A stretch of DNA of 64,000 nt from an uncultured Candidatus Saccharibacteria bacterium. GTDB taxonomy: Bacteria; Patescibacteriota; Minisyncoccia; Spechtbacterales; 2-12-FULL-38-22. The translations under genes and the position numbers were made by a program. The DNA lies in the NCBI GenBank assembly GCA_964393575.1, contig CAYMUG010000002.1, forward strand, positions 341 to 64,340, written 5' to 3'. Position 1 is the stretch's first letter. The number at the start of each line of letters is the position of its first letter. The notes under the pieces were generated by a model, which did not search any database, was not told where the DNA came from, and worked only from the letters and a program-made list of their open reading frames with translations. This document shows positions 37,370 through 46,854 of the stretch, in pieces.

Positions 37370-38774
37370 TGTTATTTTTATCTTTTACTATTTTAAGCCC
37401 CAATTCTCTTAATTGTTCCGTGCTAACTTCATCGGGAGCATCCATAACCGAAGTTTTAGCAGCTCCTGTCGTGGGAAATGGAACAACCTCTCTAATGCTT
37501 GCCTCTCCCATCATAGCCATCAACCATCGGTCACTAGCGGCAATTCCTCCGTGAGGAGGTACACCGTACTTAAATGCCTCAAGTAAATGTCCGAATTTTT
37601 CCAGGGTTTCCTCTTTGGTGTGCCCCAAAACTTCAAAAACCTTATGAAGAATCTCGGGCTTGTGCGTCCTTACGCTTCCGCCGAACACCTCAGATCCATT
37701 TAGTACAAGGTCATATTGTTCGGCTTTAATATTTAAAATATCCTCTTCATTATCGGAATCTAATTTATTTATATCACTTTTATTGATTCCCGTAAACGGA
37801 TGATGTGTGGAGCTAATTGAACCATCATCAAGTTTTTCAAACATAGGAAAATCCGTGATCCACACATAAGCAAGAGGGTCGTTATCTGCGGAACTTTTTC
37901 TTAAATCAGGAGAATCGGTGCCGTACTTTTCCATTGCCTCTGTATATGTAAGTCGCGGGAAAGGTTTTTCAGCTATTTTTTTACCTATTATCTCTTCTGA
38001 GACAAAGATAACAAGTTCTTCCGTTAACTGTAAAATTTCCTCCTGACTATAAAAAGCAACCTCAATATCAAGCTGCTCAAATTCAAGTAATCTATCCTGC
38101 CGCAGGTCTTCATCGCGGAAATTTCGTGCGAATTGAAAATACTTCTCTACCCCCGCAATCATCAACAGCTGTTTATATTGCTGGGGTGACTGCGGAAGCG
38201 CGTAAAACTCCCCGGGGTAATGCCTGCTCGGTACTAAAAAATCACGCGCGCCCTCCGGTGTGGATTTAGTTAATATAGGTGTATCCACATAGGTAAAACC
38301 TCTCTCGCGCAAAAATTCAGAAACCCCCGCCTTATATTCCTGACGAAGACGCAGCATTTCCCGAAGACGAGGACGGCGTAAATCCAAATATCTGTACTTT
38401 AGCCGCTTTTCTTCTTCTATATCGTAACCGTCTGTATCTAAAGGAAAAGGCGGGGTTTCCGCTTCATTGATAACTTCTAAGTCCTCTACGTTTATCTCAT
38501 ACTCTCCTGTTTTAATGTCTTTATTTACCATATTTTCAGGCCTCTTTTTTACCTCGCCTTGTACTCTTACAACCCACTCCTCGCGTATTGAATCAGCGGC
38601 CTCGTATGCATTATCTTCTTTGGGGGTTACAACAAGCTGCGCCATGCCTTCTTTATCGCGCAGATCAAGAAAAATAAGCTTGCCATGATCACGACGGGAA
38701 TCCACCCATCCCGCAAGCGTAACTTTCTCGCCTTCCCGTTCTGTAATTTGGTTTGTATATATACGGTTCTCCAT
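37350..38774 (-). CDS. aspS: aspartyl-tRNA synthetase, bacterial-type but lacking the GAD insertion domain
   Basis: An OB anticodon domain and the class II motifs FRDEDLRQDR and GGIAASDRWLM are present. HHPFT follows motif 2 after only about 60 residues. Confidence 0.9.
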   Translation of the reverse strand: MENRIYTNQITEREGEKVTLAGWVDSRRDHGKLIFLDLRDKEGMAQLVVTPKEDNAYEAADSIREEWVVRVQGEVKKRPENMVNKDIKTGEYEINVEDLEVINEAETPPFPLDTDGYDIEEEKRLKYRYLDLRRPRLREMLRLRQEYKAGVSEFLRERGFTYVDTPILTKSTPEGARDFLVPSRHYPGEFYALPQSPQQYKQLLMIAGVEKYFQFARNFRDEDLRQDRLLEFEQLDIEVAFYSQEEILQLTEELVIFVSEEIIGKKIAEKPFPRLTYTEAMEKYGTDSPDLRKSSADNDPLAYVWITDFPMFEKLDDGSISSTHHPFTGINKSDINKLDSDNEEDILNIKAEQYDLVLNGSEVFGGSVRTHKPEILHKVFEVLGHTKEETLEKFGHLLEAFKYGVPPHGGIAASDRWLMAMMGEASIREVVPFPTTGAAKTSVMDAPDEVSTEQLRELGLKIVKDKNNNGHKKT

Positions 38775-38800
38775 TATTATTTGTCATTAGTCATTTATTA

Positions 38801-40375
38801 TTAGTTATCGGTTGTCTCCTCATTATGCGGTTGTTTTTCCGGAATTTCAATGATGATCGTGGTTCCTTCTCCCTTTCCCTCACTTTCCGCTTGTATTGTG
38901 CCGTTATGACCTTCTATTAACATTTTAGCAACATACATTCCCAAGCCGGTTCCGCTGGCTTGTTTTTCTTCTCCTCTGCCCCGCTGAAAACTTTCAAAAA
39001 GATTTTCTTTATCTTCCTTAGTAAGCCCTATTCCTGTATCCTGTACATAGATTTGCACGGTATTTTTAAATTCATCTCTCTTAATGCGCAGTGACACCCC
39101 TCCTTCCTCAGTGTATTTTATAGAGTTGTCCACTAAATTGCCTACCACCTGCTCTATTTTTTCACTGTCCACCTCTACTTCCACCGGTTCCTCCGGCTTG
39201 TTCCAGGTGAAGCTAAGCCCTTTTTCTTCTGCAGGTTTTTTCATTTCACCGACTACAGTATCTATAATTGCGCGTAAGTCCTGTTTTTTAAAGTTAAACT
39301 TAAGTGTGCCCTTCTCGGCACGGGACAAGTTCAAAAAATCTTCCACAAGACGTTGCATATTTTCATTGGAGTGGTACATATTATTTACGACACGCAACTG
39401 CTCTTTGCTTAGCTTTCCGAAGTCGCCCTCGCGAAGCATTGAAATGTATCCCTTCAATACCGTAATCGGGGAACGTAGTTGATGAGAAGCAATAGATAAA
39501 AATTCGGATTTCTTTTCGGATACTTCCTGTAGAGCATTTATTTCTCTTAATGTGCTTCTTACAAGTAAAATACTGATAATAATTACCAATATAAAGAGTC
39601 CTCCGTCAACCAAATATTCTCTGGGTGTATCAGCCAACAGCGCGTTAATGAGAAACACAATAATAAGAAGTGCTGCAAATAACTCTGTAGCTATAACTTT
39701 TATATTGAATAACTGATGTTTGAATATCGCATAAGCAATAGAGGCAACAAATATTAAAACGGATACATTAGCCACCCAATTCAATTCAAAAAAGCCGAAA
39801 TGCGGAGGATATAGGTTGGTAAAAACGGACACCAGAATTGCCAGTGTTGTTCCCACCAAAACATATAAAGCCTGGAGTTTTTTTATACCGGAACTCCGGG
39901 TGTAATATTTATATAAAATCAAAATCCCGGCAGGAAAAAATGTTGAAAAATATAATATATATATCCACGAACCCCAGCCGAAATTTATTATATTTTGTCC
40001 ATTTTCTATATATTCCCCTCCCCTGATTAATACATCCGGCCATATGAATATTACAAGCAGAGGTAAAAAAATAAGAGTTAAAAATATTTTTTGTTTTTTA
40101 GAAATCTTTTCTTTGGTAAATGAAAGGGTGAAATATACATATAATATCGGGATAAGCGAAGCGGTTGTATACAAAATGTGAGCCCAATAAGCTACTGCTT
40201 GGCCTGAATCAGCCGATTGGAAAAACAGCATACTCACAGACCAAGCTATAATAAACAAATCCATTACAAAAAAAACTCTTGCTGATTCTTCTTTTCTGTT
40301 TTTTATAAATGTAACAACTGCCAAAACTGCAATCGCAAAAGTTGCTACACTGATTGTAATGTTAATCAAACTCAT
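38801..40375 (-). CDS. sensor histidine kinase with an N-terminal multi-TM sensor domain
   Basis: About 8 TM segments, followed by an H-box (SIASHQLRSP) and an HATPase (GTGLGMYVAK). Confidence 0.85.
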   Translation of the reverse strand: MSLINITISVATFAIAVLAVVTFIKNRKEESARVFFVMDLFIIAWSVSMLFFQSADSGQAVAYWAHILYTTASLIPILYVYFTLSFTKEKISKKQKIFLTLIFLPLLVIFIWPDVLIRGGEYIENGQNIINFGWGSWIYILYFSTFFPAGILILYKYYTRSSGIKKLQALYVLVGTTLAILVSVFTNLYPPHFGFFELNWVANVSVLIFVASIAYAIFKHQLFNIKVIATELFAALLIIVFLINALLADTPREYLVDGGLFILVIIISILLVRSTLREINALQEVSEKKSEFLSIASHQLRSPITVLKGYISMLREGDFGKLSKEQLRVVNNMYHSNENMQRLVEDFLNLSRAEKGTLKFNFKKQDLRAIIDTVVGEMKKPAEEKGLSFTWNKPEEPVEVEVDSEKIEQVVGNLVDNSIKYTEEGGVSLRIKRDEFKNTVQIYVQDTGIGLTKEDKENLFESFQRGRGEEKQASGTGLGMYVAKMLIEGHNGTIQAESEGKGEGTTIIIEIPEKQPHNEETTDN

Positions 40376-41525
40376 ATCTGTGTTGTATTAACCGAAAAAC
40401 ATTTTCCAGAGTTTTATTTTTTATTACACCTGTATAATTCTGGTATTCTCCTATTTGAAAATCAGAATTTTTAAATAATTTATCTAATTCCTCTATCTTT
40501 GAAAAATCGAGACGACCCAGAGAAAAATGTTTGTCGGTTTTTTGATTGATGGTTAGCAAGACAACTTCGGCAAGACATGAAAAAAGATCGTGTTCGCCGG
40601 CAAGTTCTATATTTGGCTTTACAGTAGTGTTGGGAGAATAAATTATCCCTGCCTCTGTTACAACAATGTCTTTTCTTTGGTTAATTACATCGGGATCAAC
40701 ATCAGAAGGTTGGGCATCGTCCACAACTATTGTGCCCGAACTTAAATTTTCTTTATGCAAAACAAATTTCTCCGCATTAGTAGCTGTAATGATAATATGT
40801 GCTTCTTTTATTTTATTAATATCAAAATGCGTGCTGATTTTTGTTCCCGGGTTTTGTTTTTTTAAACTATCTCTAAGTGCTTTGACTGTTTTTTCTTTAC
40901 GTTTTACGTCAAACAGCATCAACCGATTGAATTTATAATTTGCCAAGAATCTTGAAACATTATTACCCACAGAACCTGCAGCACCAACCACCGCCACATT
41001 AAGCTTTTCTTTCTTTAATTCTCCGCGTTGAATTAAAGAAAGCGTTGTTTCTGCGACCGCCTTAACAGTGGCCGGGTACCCGTTTGTCAGTGAAACAGGA
41101 GATTTCTTTTTTAACGCGGATCCTCCTTTTGTAACCGAGGGAGTAAGAGCGCCTAACCCCGCAATTCTTGCTTCCATCTTAGACCCCAAACGTAATGCCC
41201 TGTGTATCTTTCTCGTAGCAAGGCGGCGGTTTTTTAATATCTGTTCAGGCAAAAGCATAATACCAACGGTCCATCCTGTATATATTGTGTCATTATAGTA
41301 AGCTTTGATTCTATGAACTCTAATCGGCCACATTAACCTGGCTAAAAAATGCAGGAGAAAATCAGGAAATGTTTTAAGCATAGGAAAATGTTTTTCAATA
41401 TCTTTTCTGTGCCTCGGATGGATTATAAAGATAAAATCCGCGCGTTTTGATGGCGCCCGTTTTAACCCATACTCTATAAATAAATCCTCTAAGTTGGTTT
41501 TGAAAAATTTAATAATCTGTTTCAT
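40362..41525 (-). CDS. acyl-ACP/acyl-CoA reductase-like (AAR family) Rossmann-fold oxidoreductase
   Basis: It is colinear with cyanobacterial AAR. VGAAGSVGNNVSRFL provides the NAD(P) site. The conserved Cys sits in FSCLAEVVLL. Confidence 0.5.
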   Translation of the reverse strand: MKQIIKFFKTNLEDLFIEYGLKRAPSKRADFIFIIHPRHRKDIEKHFPMLKTFPDFLLHFLARLMWPIRVHRIKAYYNDTIYTGWTVGIMLLPEQILKNRRLATRKIHRALRLGSKMEARIAGLGALTPSVTKGGSALKKKSPVSLTNGYPATVKAVAETTLSLIQRGELKKEKLNVAVVGAAGSVGNNVSRFLANYKFNRLMLFDVKRKEKTVKALRDSLKKQNPGTKISTHFDINKIKEAHIIITATNAEKFVLHKENLSSGTIVVDDAQPSDVDPDVINQRKDIVVTEAGIIYSPNTTVKPNIELAGEHDLFSCLAEVVLLTINQKTDKHFSLGRLDFSKIEELDKLFKNSDFQIGEYQNYTGVIKNKTLENVFRLIQHRYEFD

Positions 41526-42203
41526 CTATATATTTGATAATTCTTCCACGCTTTTCCATACTTGAGCGCTGATTTGCTTGTAATCTTCTTCAGAAGAGTG
41601 AGTATATTTGAAAGGTACTCCGACCTTTATTGTAATATTCCTTTTTCGGAAAATTACTTCCTTCAACCTCATATTGATTCCGCCTTGAATATAAACAGGG
41701 ATAACTAAAGGATTGCTATGTTTAATAAGATAACCAACACCTCGTCTTGCCTTTCGTTTGCGCCCACGATTAGTTTTTGTTCTGCGTCCTTGCGGAAACA
41801 TACCCACCACGCCGTTGTTATGTAAAATTTGCAGCGATTCCTGCAATGCACTCTCTATGCCTATTCTCTTATCTAATTTTAAACTTCCATATATCCATAT
41901 TATTTGACCCTTAACAGGCACTCTAAACAATTTATCGTGAGCAAGATGCCTAACAGGAAATAGGTTCGGAAAAGCAACACTCAGCATAAAAGGGTCCGCC
42001 CAGCTTACATGGTTTGATATTATAAGTACAGGTTGCCTGCCCTCTTTTAACTTTTTAGTTGTGGACTCATCTTCGTATACCGCTTTCCAGTTTAAAAAAA
42101 ATCGAAAAATTCCCCGCGAGATCCTCCAGGTGGTTTTATACATAAATTTTGCTATCCAATATCTCATCTTTCGCAAACCTATTATTTTCTTACATTTTAC
42201 CAC
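41526..42203 (-). CDS. plsC: 1-acyl-sn-glycerol-3-phosphate acyltransferase family protein
   Basis: The NHVSWAD (HxxxxD) and FPQGRRT motifs are present. Confidence 0.8.
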   Translation of the reverse strand: MVKCKKIIGLRKMRYWIAKFMYKTTWRISRGIFRFFLNWKAVYEDESTTKKLKEGRQPVLIISNHVSWADPFMLSVAFPNLFPVRHLAHDKLFRVPVKGQIIWIYGSLKLDKRIGIESALQESLQILHNNGVVGMFPQGRRTKTNRGRKRKARRGVGYLIKHSNPLVIPVYIQGGINMRLKEVIFRKRNITIKVGVPFKYTHSSEEDYKQISAQVWKSVEELSNI

Positions 42204-42450
42204 AAACTATCCTAAAATTTTATCTGAAAATAGGGTTTTTGTTTGAAGTAAATTGTTTATCGTATGAATAGTTCCTCTATATTCCTCCTATATTAGTACT
42301 GCCTGTCAGATATTTTCATATTGATATATATAAATACCTTCTTAGTGGCATCTTTAACAAGCTATTGAGCTATTACGAGTATATTGACAAATATCTCTCG
42401 TTACCATTAAGATGATGGGGTGCCCTGTATGCGGACCTTAGGAGCGTGTC

Positions 42451-42606
42451 ATGAGCGAAAACACCGCACACGAGACCGGTTCTACGGAGAACACCCTTCC
42501 TATTCTTTTCAACGTTGCCGAAAGGGCGACTGATGTTTCCGTAGAATCTAAGCGTTTCGGAAGCGAAAAAGACACATTCTTAAACGGCAGCAGCGATACG
42601 GTGTAG
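42451..42606 (+). CDS. candidate graspetide (microviridin-like RiPP) precursor peptide, 51 aa; not in the supplied ORF track
   Basis: ATG preceded by AGGAG at a 6-nt spacing. The leader-like stretch TLPILFNVAERA is followed by a Thr/Ser/Asp/Glu/Lys-rich tail (TDVSVESKRFGSEKDTFLNGSSDTV). It sits immediately upstream of the ATP-grasp ligase. Confidence 0.5.
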   Translation: MSENTAHETGSTENTLPILFNVAERATDVSVESKRFGSEKDTFLNGSSDTV

Positions 42607-42709
42607 TAAACACTTAAGTACCTTTAAATAACGTGACATAGGAGGGGGTGCGGTAAATGCCGCGCCCCCAATATATGTACGGCAACCGAATGCGGAAAGG
42701 AGGGTACAG

Positions 42710-43693
42710 ATTATACTTATTATTTCTCACCACGAAGACACACATACTCTTCATGTATGCGAATTATTAGATAGTATTTACGGCGTCGAATACTGCGTAC
42801 TGGATTACAAGGAATATCCCGCTAACTTAAATATATCTTATGTTTTTGGGGCAAATAACAAAAACCTTCTCATTGAAATAGACCAAAATCGCACAATTGA
42901 ATTAAAGGATATTCGTTCTGTGTGGTTTAGAAGGCCTACATCCCCCCTCGCCTCTAACAAGGTTGAAGATAGAAATATACGTCAATATATAGAACAAGAA
43001 TCGAATGTTATGCTGTCTAATTTGATTCACGCAATACCCGGACAAAGATGGATTAGCAACCCAATCAATATGGAGCAGGCAGCGTATAAACCATATAACA
43101 TCAGAGTGGCTCAAGAGATTGGTTTTGAAATTCCTGAAACAATTATTTCCAATTCTCCGGAAGGTGTAGAGAAATTTATGCACAACCTGAACTTAGAATA
43201 TGTTGCACTAAAACCCGTGGAAACACCCTGGATTAAGTCAACTGACAATTCCTTTTTATTTTTTACAAAAAAAATACATAAAAACCGGATTTCGGAATGG
43301 CGAAAACAAATACAAGTTTGTCCGGTTATACTACAGGAATATATAGAAAAAAGCGTGGAGTTGCGCATTACTGTAATAGACAACCAGGTTTTTCCATGCG
43401 CGATACACTCTCAACGATCAGAACTCACCAAAGAAGACTGGCGAAAATATGACATTGACAACACGCCGCACGAAACATTCCAACTTCCGGAAGATATAAA
43501 ACAAAAATGCGTCGCCTTGCTAAAAAATCTCGGGATTAGGTTTGGATGTATTGATATGATTTTAACCCCTGAGAATCGATATGTGTTTTTGGAGATAAAT
43601 CCCGCCGGACAATGGCTTTGGATTGAAGAATTAACCGGTCTTTCCATTTCTAAAACTCTTACACACGCATTGGTTTATCCAACTGAAGCGTAA
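42710..43693 (+). CDS. ATP-grasp ribosomal-peptide maturase (MdnC/MvdD microviridin-ligase family) with a non-ATG start
   Basis: A pre-ATP-grasp domain (ILIISHHEDTHTLHV...SVWFRRP) is followed by the ATP-grasp fold. The reading frame is open from 42632. A strong AGGAGG is followed 6 nt later by ATT at 42710. No ATG, GTG or TTG occurs in frame before the GTG at 42920. Confidence 0.75.
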   Translation: MILIISHHEDTHTLHVCELLDSIYGVEYCVLDYKEYPANLNISYVFGANNKNLLIEIDQNRTIELKDIRSVWFRRPTSPLASNKVEDRNIRQYIEQESNVMLSNLIHAIPGQRWISNPINMEQAAYKPYNIRVAQEIGFEIPETIISNSPEGVEKFMHNLNLEYVALKPVETPWIKSTDNSFLFFTKKIHKNRISEWRKQIQVCPVILQEYIEKSVELRITVIDNQVFPCAIHSQRSELTKEDWRKYDIDNTPHETFQLPEDIKQKCVALLKNLGIRFGCIDMILTPENRYVFLEINPAGQWLWIEELTGLSISKTLTHALVYPTEA

Positions 43694-43698
43694 AGTGC

Positions 43699-43727
43699 CT
43701 AACCTGTCTCATCGACAGGTTTTTTAT
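43699..43727. terminator. terminator aacctgtc-tcatc-gacaggtt + T6
   Basis: It lies between convergent genes. Confidence 0.7.
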
Positions 43728-44254
43728 TATTGTTTATTTTTTATCTCTTTAATGTATTCATCTAATGAATTGAAGCCCATTTTTTTACGGCGAACATCAA
43801 CATTCTCTTTGTCTTCAATGGGAAGAGGTTTTACCTCTCCGTCCTCTGTTTTTGTAAATTGCGTGCCATAGAGTTGCCTATCCCCGGAATTGACACGTAC
43901 TCTATCTTCCAAATATGCAATTAGTTTTTGCTCTACCTCATCTTTGGGTTCTTTTTTCATTAAATTTAGAGCTTTCTTTTGAAACCTTACATCATCAGCG
44001 TGCTGAGTTAATAGCCAGGCATTTGTAGACGCTTCTTTGCCCACTTTAGATATTGTAGGCCACTCAATTTGGTTAATAATTTCCTTTACTTTTTTGGTGT
44101 GTTCTCGCGCAATATTTTGTATTTTTTTCATACATTCTTCAGTCATGCCTTTTTCTCTGCATTCCGCACGCATATTTTGATCTTTTTCAGCCATATTGTT
44201 TAATTGTTTAGCGATTTTTTGATACTCCATACGAATAACAGAACTTTGCAACAA
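43727..44254 (-). CDS. hypothetical cytoplasmic protein (175 aa)
   Basis: ORF. I recognise no domain. Confidence 0.45.
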   Translation of the reverse strand: MLQSSVIRMEYQKIAKQLNNMAEKDQNMRAECREKGMTEECMKKIQNIAREHTKKVKEIINQIEWPTISKVGKEASTNAWLLTQHADDVRFQKKALNLMKKEPKDEVEQKLIAYLEDRVRVNSGDRQLYGTQFTKTEDGEVKPLPIEDKENVDVRRKKMGFNSLDEYIKEIKNKQ

Positions 44255-44315
44255 AAATTTTAATTACGAATTCATTTTATGTATATCTGACGATATTTTC
44301 AATGTTTAATACGGA

Positions 44316-44341
44316 AAATCGCCCGCATTTGCGGGCGATTT
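44316..44341 (-). terminator. terminator aaatcgcccgc-attt-gcgggcgattt
   Basis: It lies downstream of the MMPL gene. Confidence 0.6.
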
Positions 44342-44348
44342 ATAATTA

Positions 44349-46640
44349 TTATTTAGTTGAAGTTAAAGGAGCGGTTAAAATGGAAGCACAAAATGAAAAC
44401 GCAATAATTGCCATACCAAGAATACCATAAGTTGCAAAAAGCGGCATAGGTGCCGTGGCAAGAACAGCGAATCCTATAATGCTTGAAATTGCCGCAGCAA
44501 GTGAAGCAAGCCCTGTTCCTTTACCGACAACCTCAAAAAGTGCATTATTCCTGTATCCCTTTTCACGGGATCGTTTAAAACTATAAGTAATATGCAGCGA
44601 GTAATCCACGCCAATGCCAAGTCCAACAGCAGCGATGGTCGCGGTGATGAAATTCAAATCAAAACCGAACCAGCCCATAAACCCGTATGTCCAAACAACA
44701 ACAAGAACCATCGGAATAAGTGTTTTAACGCTGAATCTGAACGATCCTGATACAGTCCAAAGCAGGAAAAGGATAATTCCTACCGCGAGAGCACCTGTTT
44801 TGATAGGTTCATTGGTTACCGCATTCAAACTCGCCTCACGGGTAAACGGCGGACCTGTAATTCCGTAATCAATAGTAACGCGACGAAGCGGCCTCAGATC
44901 CCGCTCAAGTTGTTTCCGGGCAGCGGTTACATTCTTGAGTTCTTTTGTGTCCAAAATTTCAATGCCAATACGCATTGCTTCGTTTCCATCCTCTACTTCC
45001 GTAATATCAGGTTTTCCGTACGGCATCACCAGGTTTTCATTGCTATCACGACCTAAAAACGGATTTTCTTTAAGATTATCAAGAGTAGCACCAATAGCAT
45101 TTTGTGATTCCTTGCGGCGGAGATCTTTGCCGTAGGCGTAGATAAAGGCCTCTTCGCCGCGTCTATCTCCCAGATGATCATCCACCAAATCCAAACTTTG
45201 TACAAAATTGGAATCCTGCATTAAGAAGTCGCTGGGACCAATGCTGCGTTCAACACGCGAAATACCGAAAACACTTACAACCGTTAATCCCGCTAAGGCG
45301 AGGATAACGATAAAACGAAAACGATAAATAGTTTTAAAAACAGGAGCAATCGAAAGAGCTGTCAGTTGCTTACGGGGTCGCTCTTTTTGCTTATCGCGAA
45401 TAACAAGAATAATCGGCATAACTATACCCATAATAAAAAATGCCGCAAATGCGGAAAAGATACCCGTAAAAGCGAAGGAGCGAATTGCCTCAACATTTGA
45501 AATACCGTTAGCACCGAAGGCAACAGCATCGGTTACAGCAGCAAGTAAAAGTATTGCGCCTATATCAATAAAAGCACGGCGGAGCGCTGCTCTATCTCGC
45601 AACAACAAAGAGCGTTCCTGTTCATACCGACGAATCACATACAGGTAAGAATCAATACCGAGCGCCATAAAAGCCATTGGTAAAATAACCTTTGTTGTGA
45701 TTGATGGTTTTATGAGGCCTGCGGTAATTCCGGGAAAACCCATAATCCAAACAAGCAATGCAGATAGTCCGACAAATGCTATAAATCCGATTCGCAGAGA
45801 ACGCATTAAGAGGCCGGTCAGCACGGCAAGAGCCGCCAATAAACCTACATTTCTGAGAAGGATCGGGGTTGAAAAGCCCTCTTCTTCAGCTTCAAGGTTT
45901 AGGTCTATACCTACGCCCAAGAGATTATACTCTTCTCCGTATAGATGTTTTTCAATCTCGCGGTTAAACTTTTCTTTTTGCAAAATATCTTCGGTGCCTC
46001 CGAGGGTTCTCCGGAAATAACCGCCGCCAAGCTTATTACTATCCGCCCGGATAAAAAATTCATATAACGGCGAAACCCACTTCTCATCAGTTTTATATGC
46101 CTGTGAAGAAAGCCGGAGATGAAAAAAGTCCGCATGAGCGTTATCGGCATTCAGAATACTTCCAATAACTTGTTCCACCTTCGCGGGAGATGCGGACTCA
46201 AGAGATGTGCCTTGGCGGTGCAATTTCGCATCAACCGCATCCGCTATAGTGTAAAAACCCAGGGTACCGGTTTTTCCGATTTGAGGGTCACGGAACGGAA
46301 CTAAAAACTCTTGCCCCAGCTCAGAATTACGCAAAGCATCCAGTTTATCTTTAAGTTCCGCTAAGGTTTTTTTCGTAAGAACATTTCCCTCTTTTTCGTT
46401 AAAAAGCTCATACGGAACCGCGTAAATCTCGGGAGGAAATTGCTTATCAACTTTTTCCTGCAAGTCAAAAACACGTCCCGGAGGATCCGTTGATGCTTCT
46501 TCTTGGTTACCGCTAATGCCTAATAATGCACCATAACCAAACAGTACAGTTAGTCCGAAAAATATTGCTATAATAAACTTACGGAGTCTCCATATTTTTC
46601 GCATGTATCCCCCGTTTCTTGTTTGTAAAAGAGCGTCCAT
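44349..46640 (-). CDS. MMPL/RND-superfamily membrane transporter
   Basis: Two 6-TM bundles with large extracytoplasmic loops and an SSD-like region. Confidence 0.8.
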   Translation of the reverse strand: MDALLQTRNGGYMRKIWRLRKFIIAIFFGLTVLFGYGALLGISGNQEEASTDPPGRVFDLQEKVDKQFPPEIYAVPYELFNEKEGNVLTKKTLAELKDKLDALRNSELGQEFLVPFRDPQIGKTGTLGFYTIADAVDAKLHRQGTSLESASPAKVEQVIGSILNADNAHADFFHLRLSSQAYKTDEKWVSPLYEFFIRADSNKLGGGYFRRTLGGTEDILQKEKFNREIEKHLYGEEYNLLGVGIDLNLEAEEEGFSTPILLRNVGLLAALAVLTGLLMRSLRIGFIAFVGLSALLVWIMGFPGITAGLIKPSITTKVILPMAFMALGIDSYLYVIRRYEQERSLLLRDRAALRRAFIDIGAILLLAAVTDAVAFGANGISNVEAIRSFAFTGIFSAFAAFFIMGIVMPIILVIRDKQKERPRKQLTALSIAPVFKTIYRFRFIVILALAGLTVVSVFGISRVERSIGPSDFLMQDSNFVQSLDLVDDHLGDRRGEEAFIYAYGKDLRRKESQNAIGATLDNLKENPFLGRDSNENLVMPYGKPDITEVEDGNEAMRIGIEILDTKELKNVTAARKQLERDLRPLRRVTIDYGITGPPFTREASLNAVTNEPIKTGALAVGIILFLLWTVSGSFRFSVKTLIPMVLVVVWTYGFMGWFGFDLNFITATIAAVGLGIGVDYSLHITYSFKRSREKGYRNNALFEVVGKGTGLASLAAAISSIIGFAVLATAPMPLFATYGILGMAIIAFSFCASILTAPLTSTK

Positions 46641-46780
46641 ATCATACCAAAATTAAACAAAAAATCAACAAAACAGCACTGCTTATCTAAGGGGTTGCAT
46701 ATAATACACTCATCTCATTAAAAAACAAATTGAATAACATTATTTACAACCTCCCTTGTCGCTTATTATATACACCTACA

Positions 46781-46808
46781 TTGACATTGTATATATATAG
46801 GGTATAAT
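46781..46808 (+). promoter_or_regulatory. sigma70-like promoter TTGACA-16-TATAAT
   Basis: TTGACA 46781-86 and TATAAT 46803-08. Confidence 0.5.
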
Positions 46809-46854
46809 AAAAAAAGTAACATACACCACCACAGCAAACTAAGGAGGTAAGACA

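Noticed and set aside
42675-42769. Out-of-frame ATG at 42675 as the start of the ATP-grasp gene
   Set aside because: That frame terminates after 31 codons. The ligase frame is a different one, in which only non-canonical starts (ATT/ATA) follow the SD.
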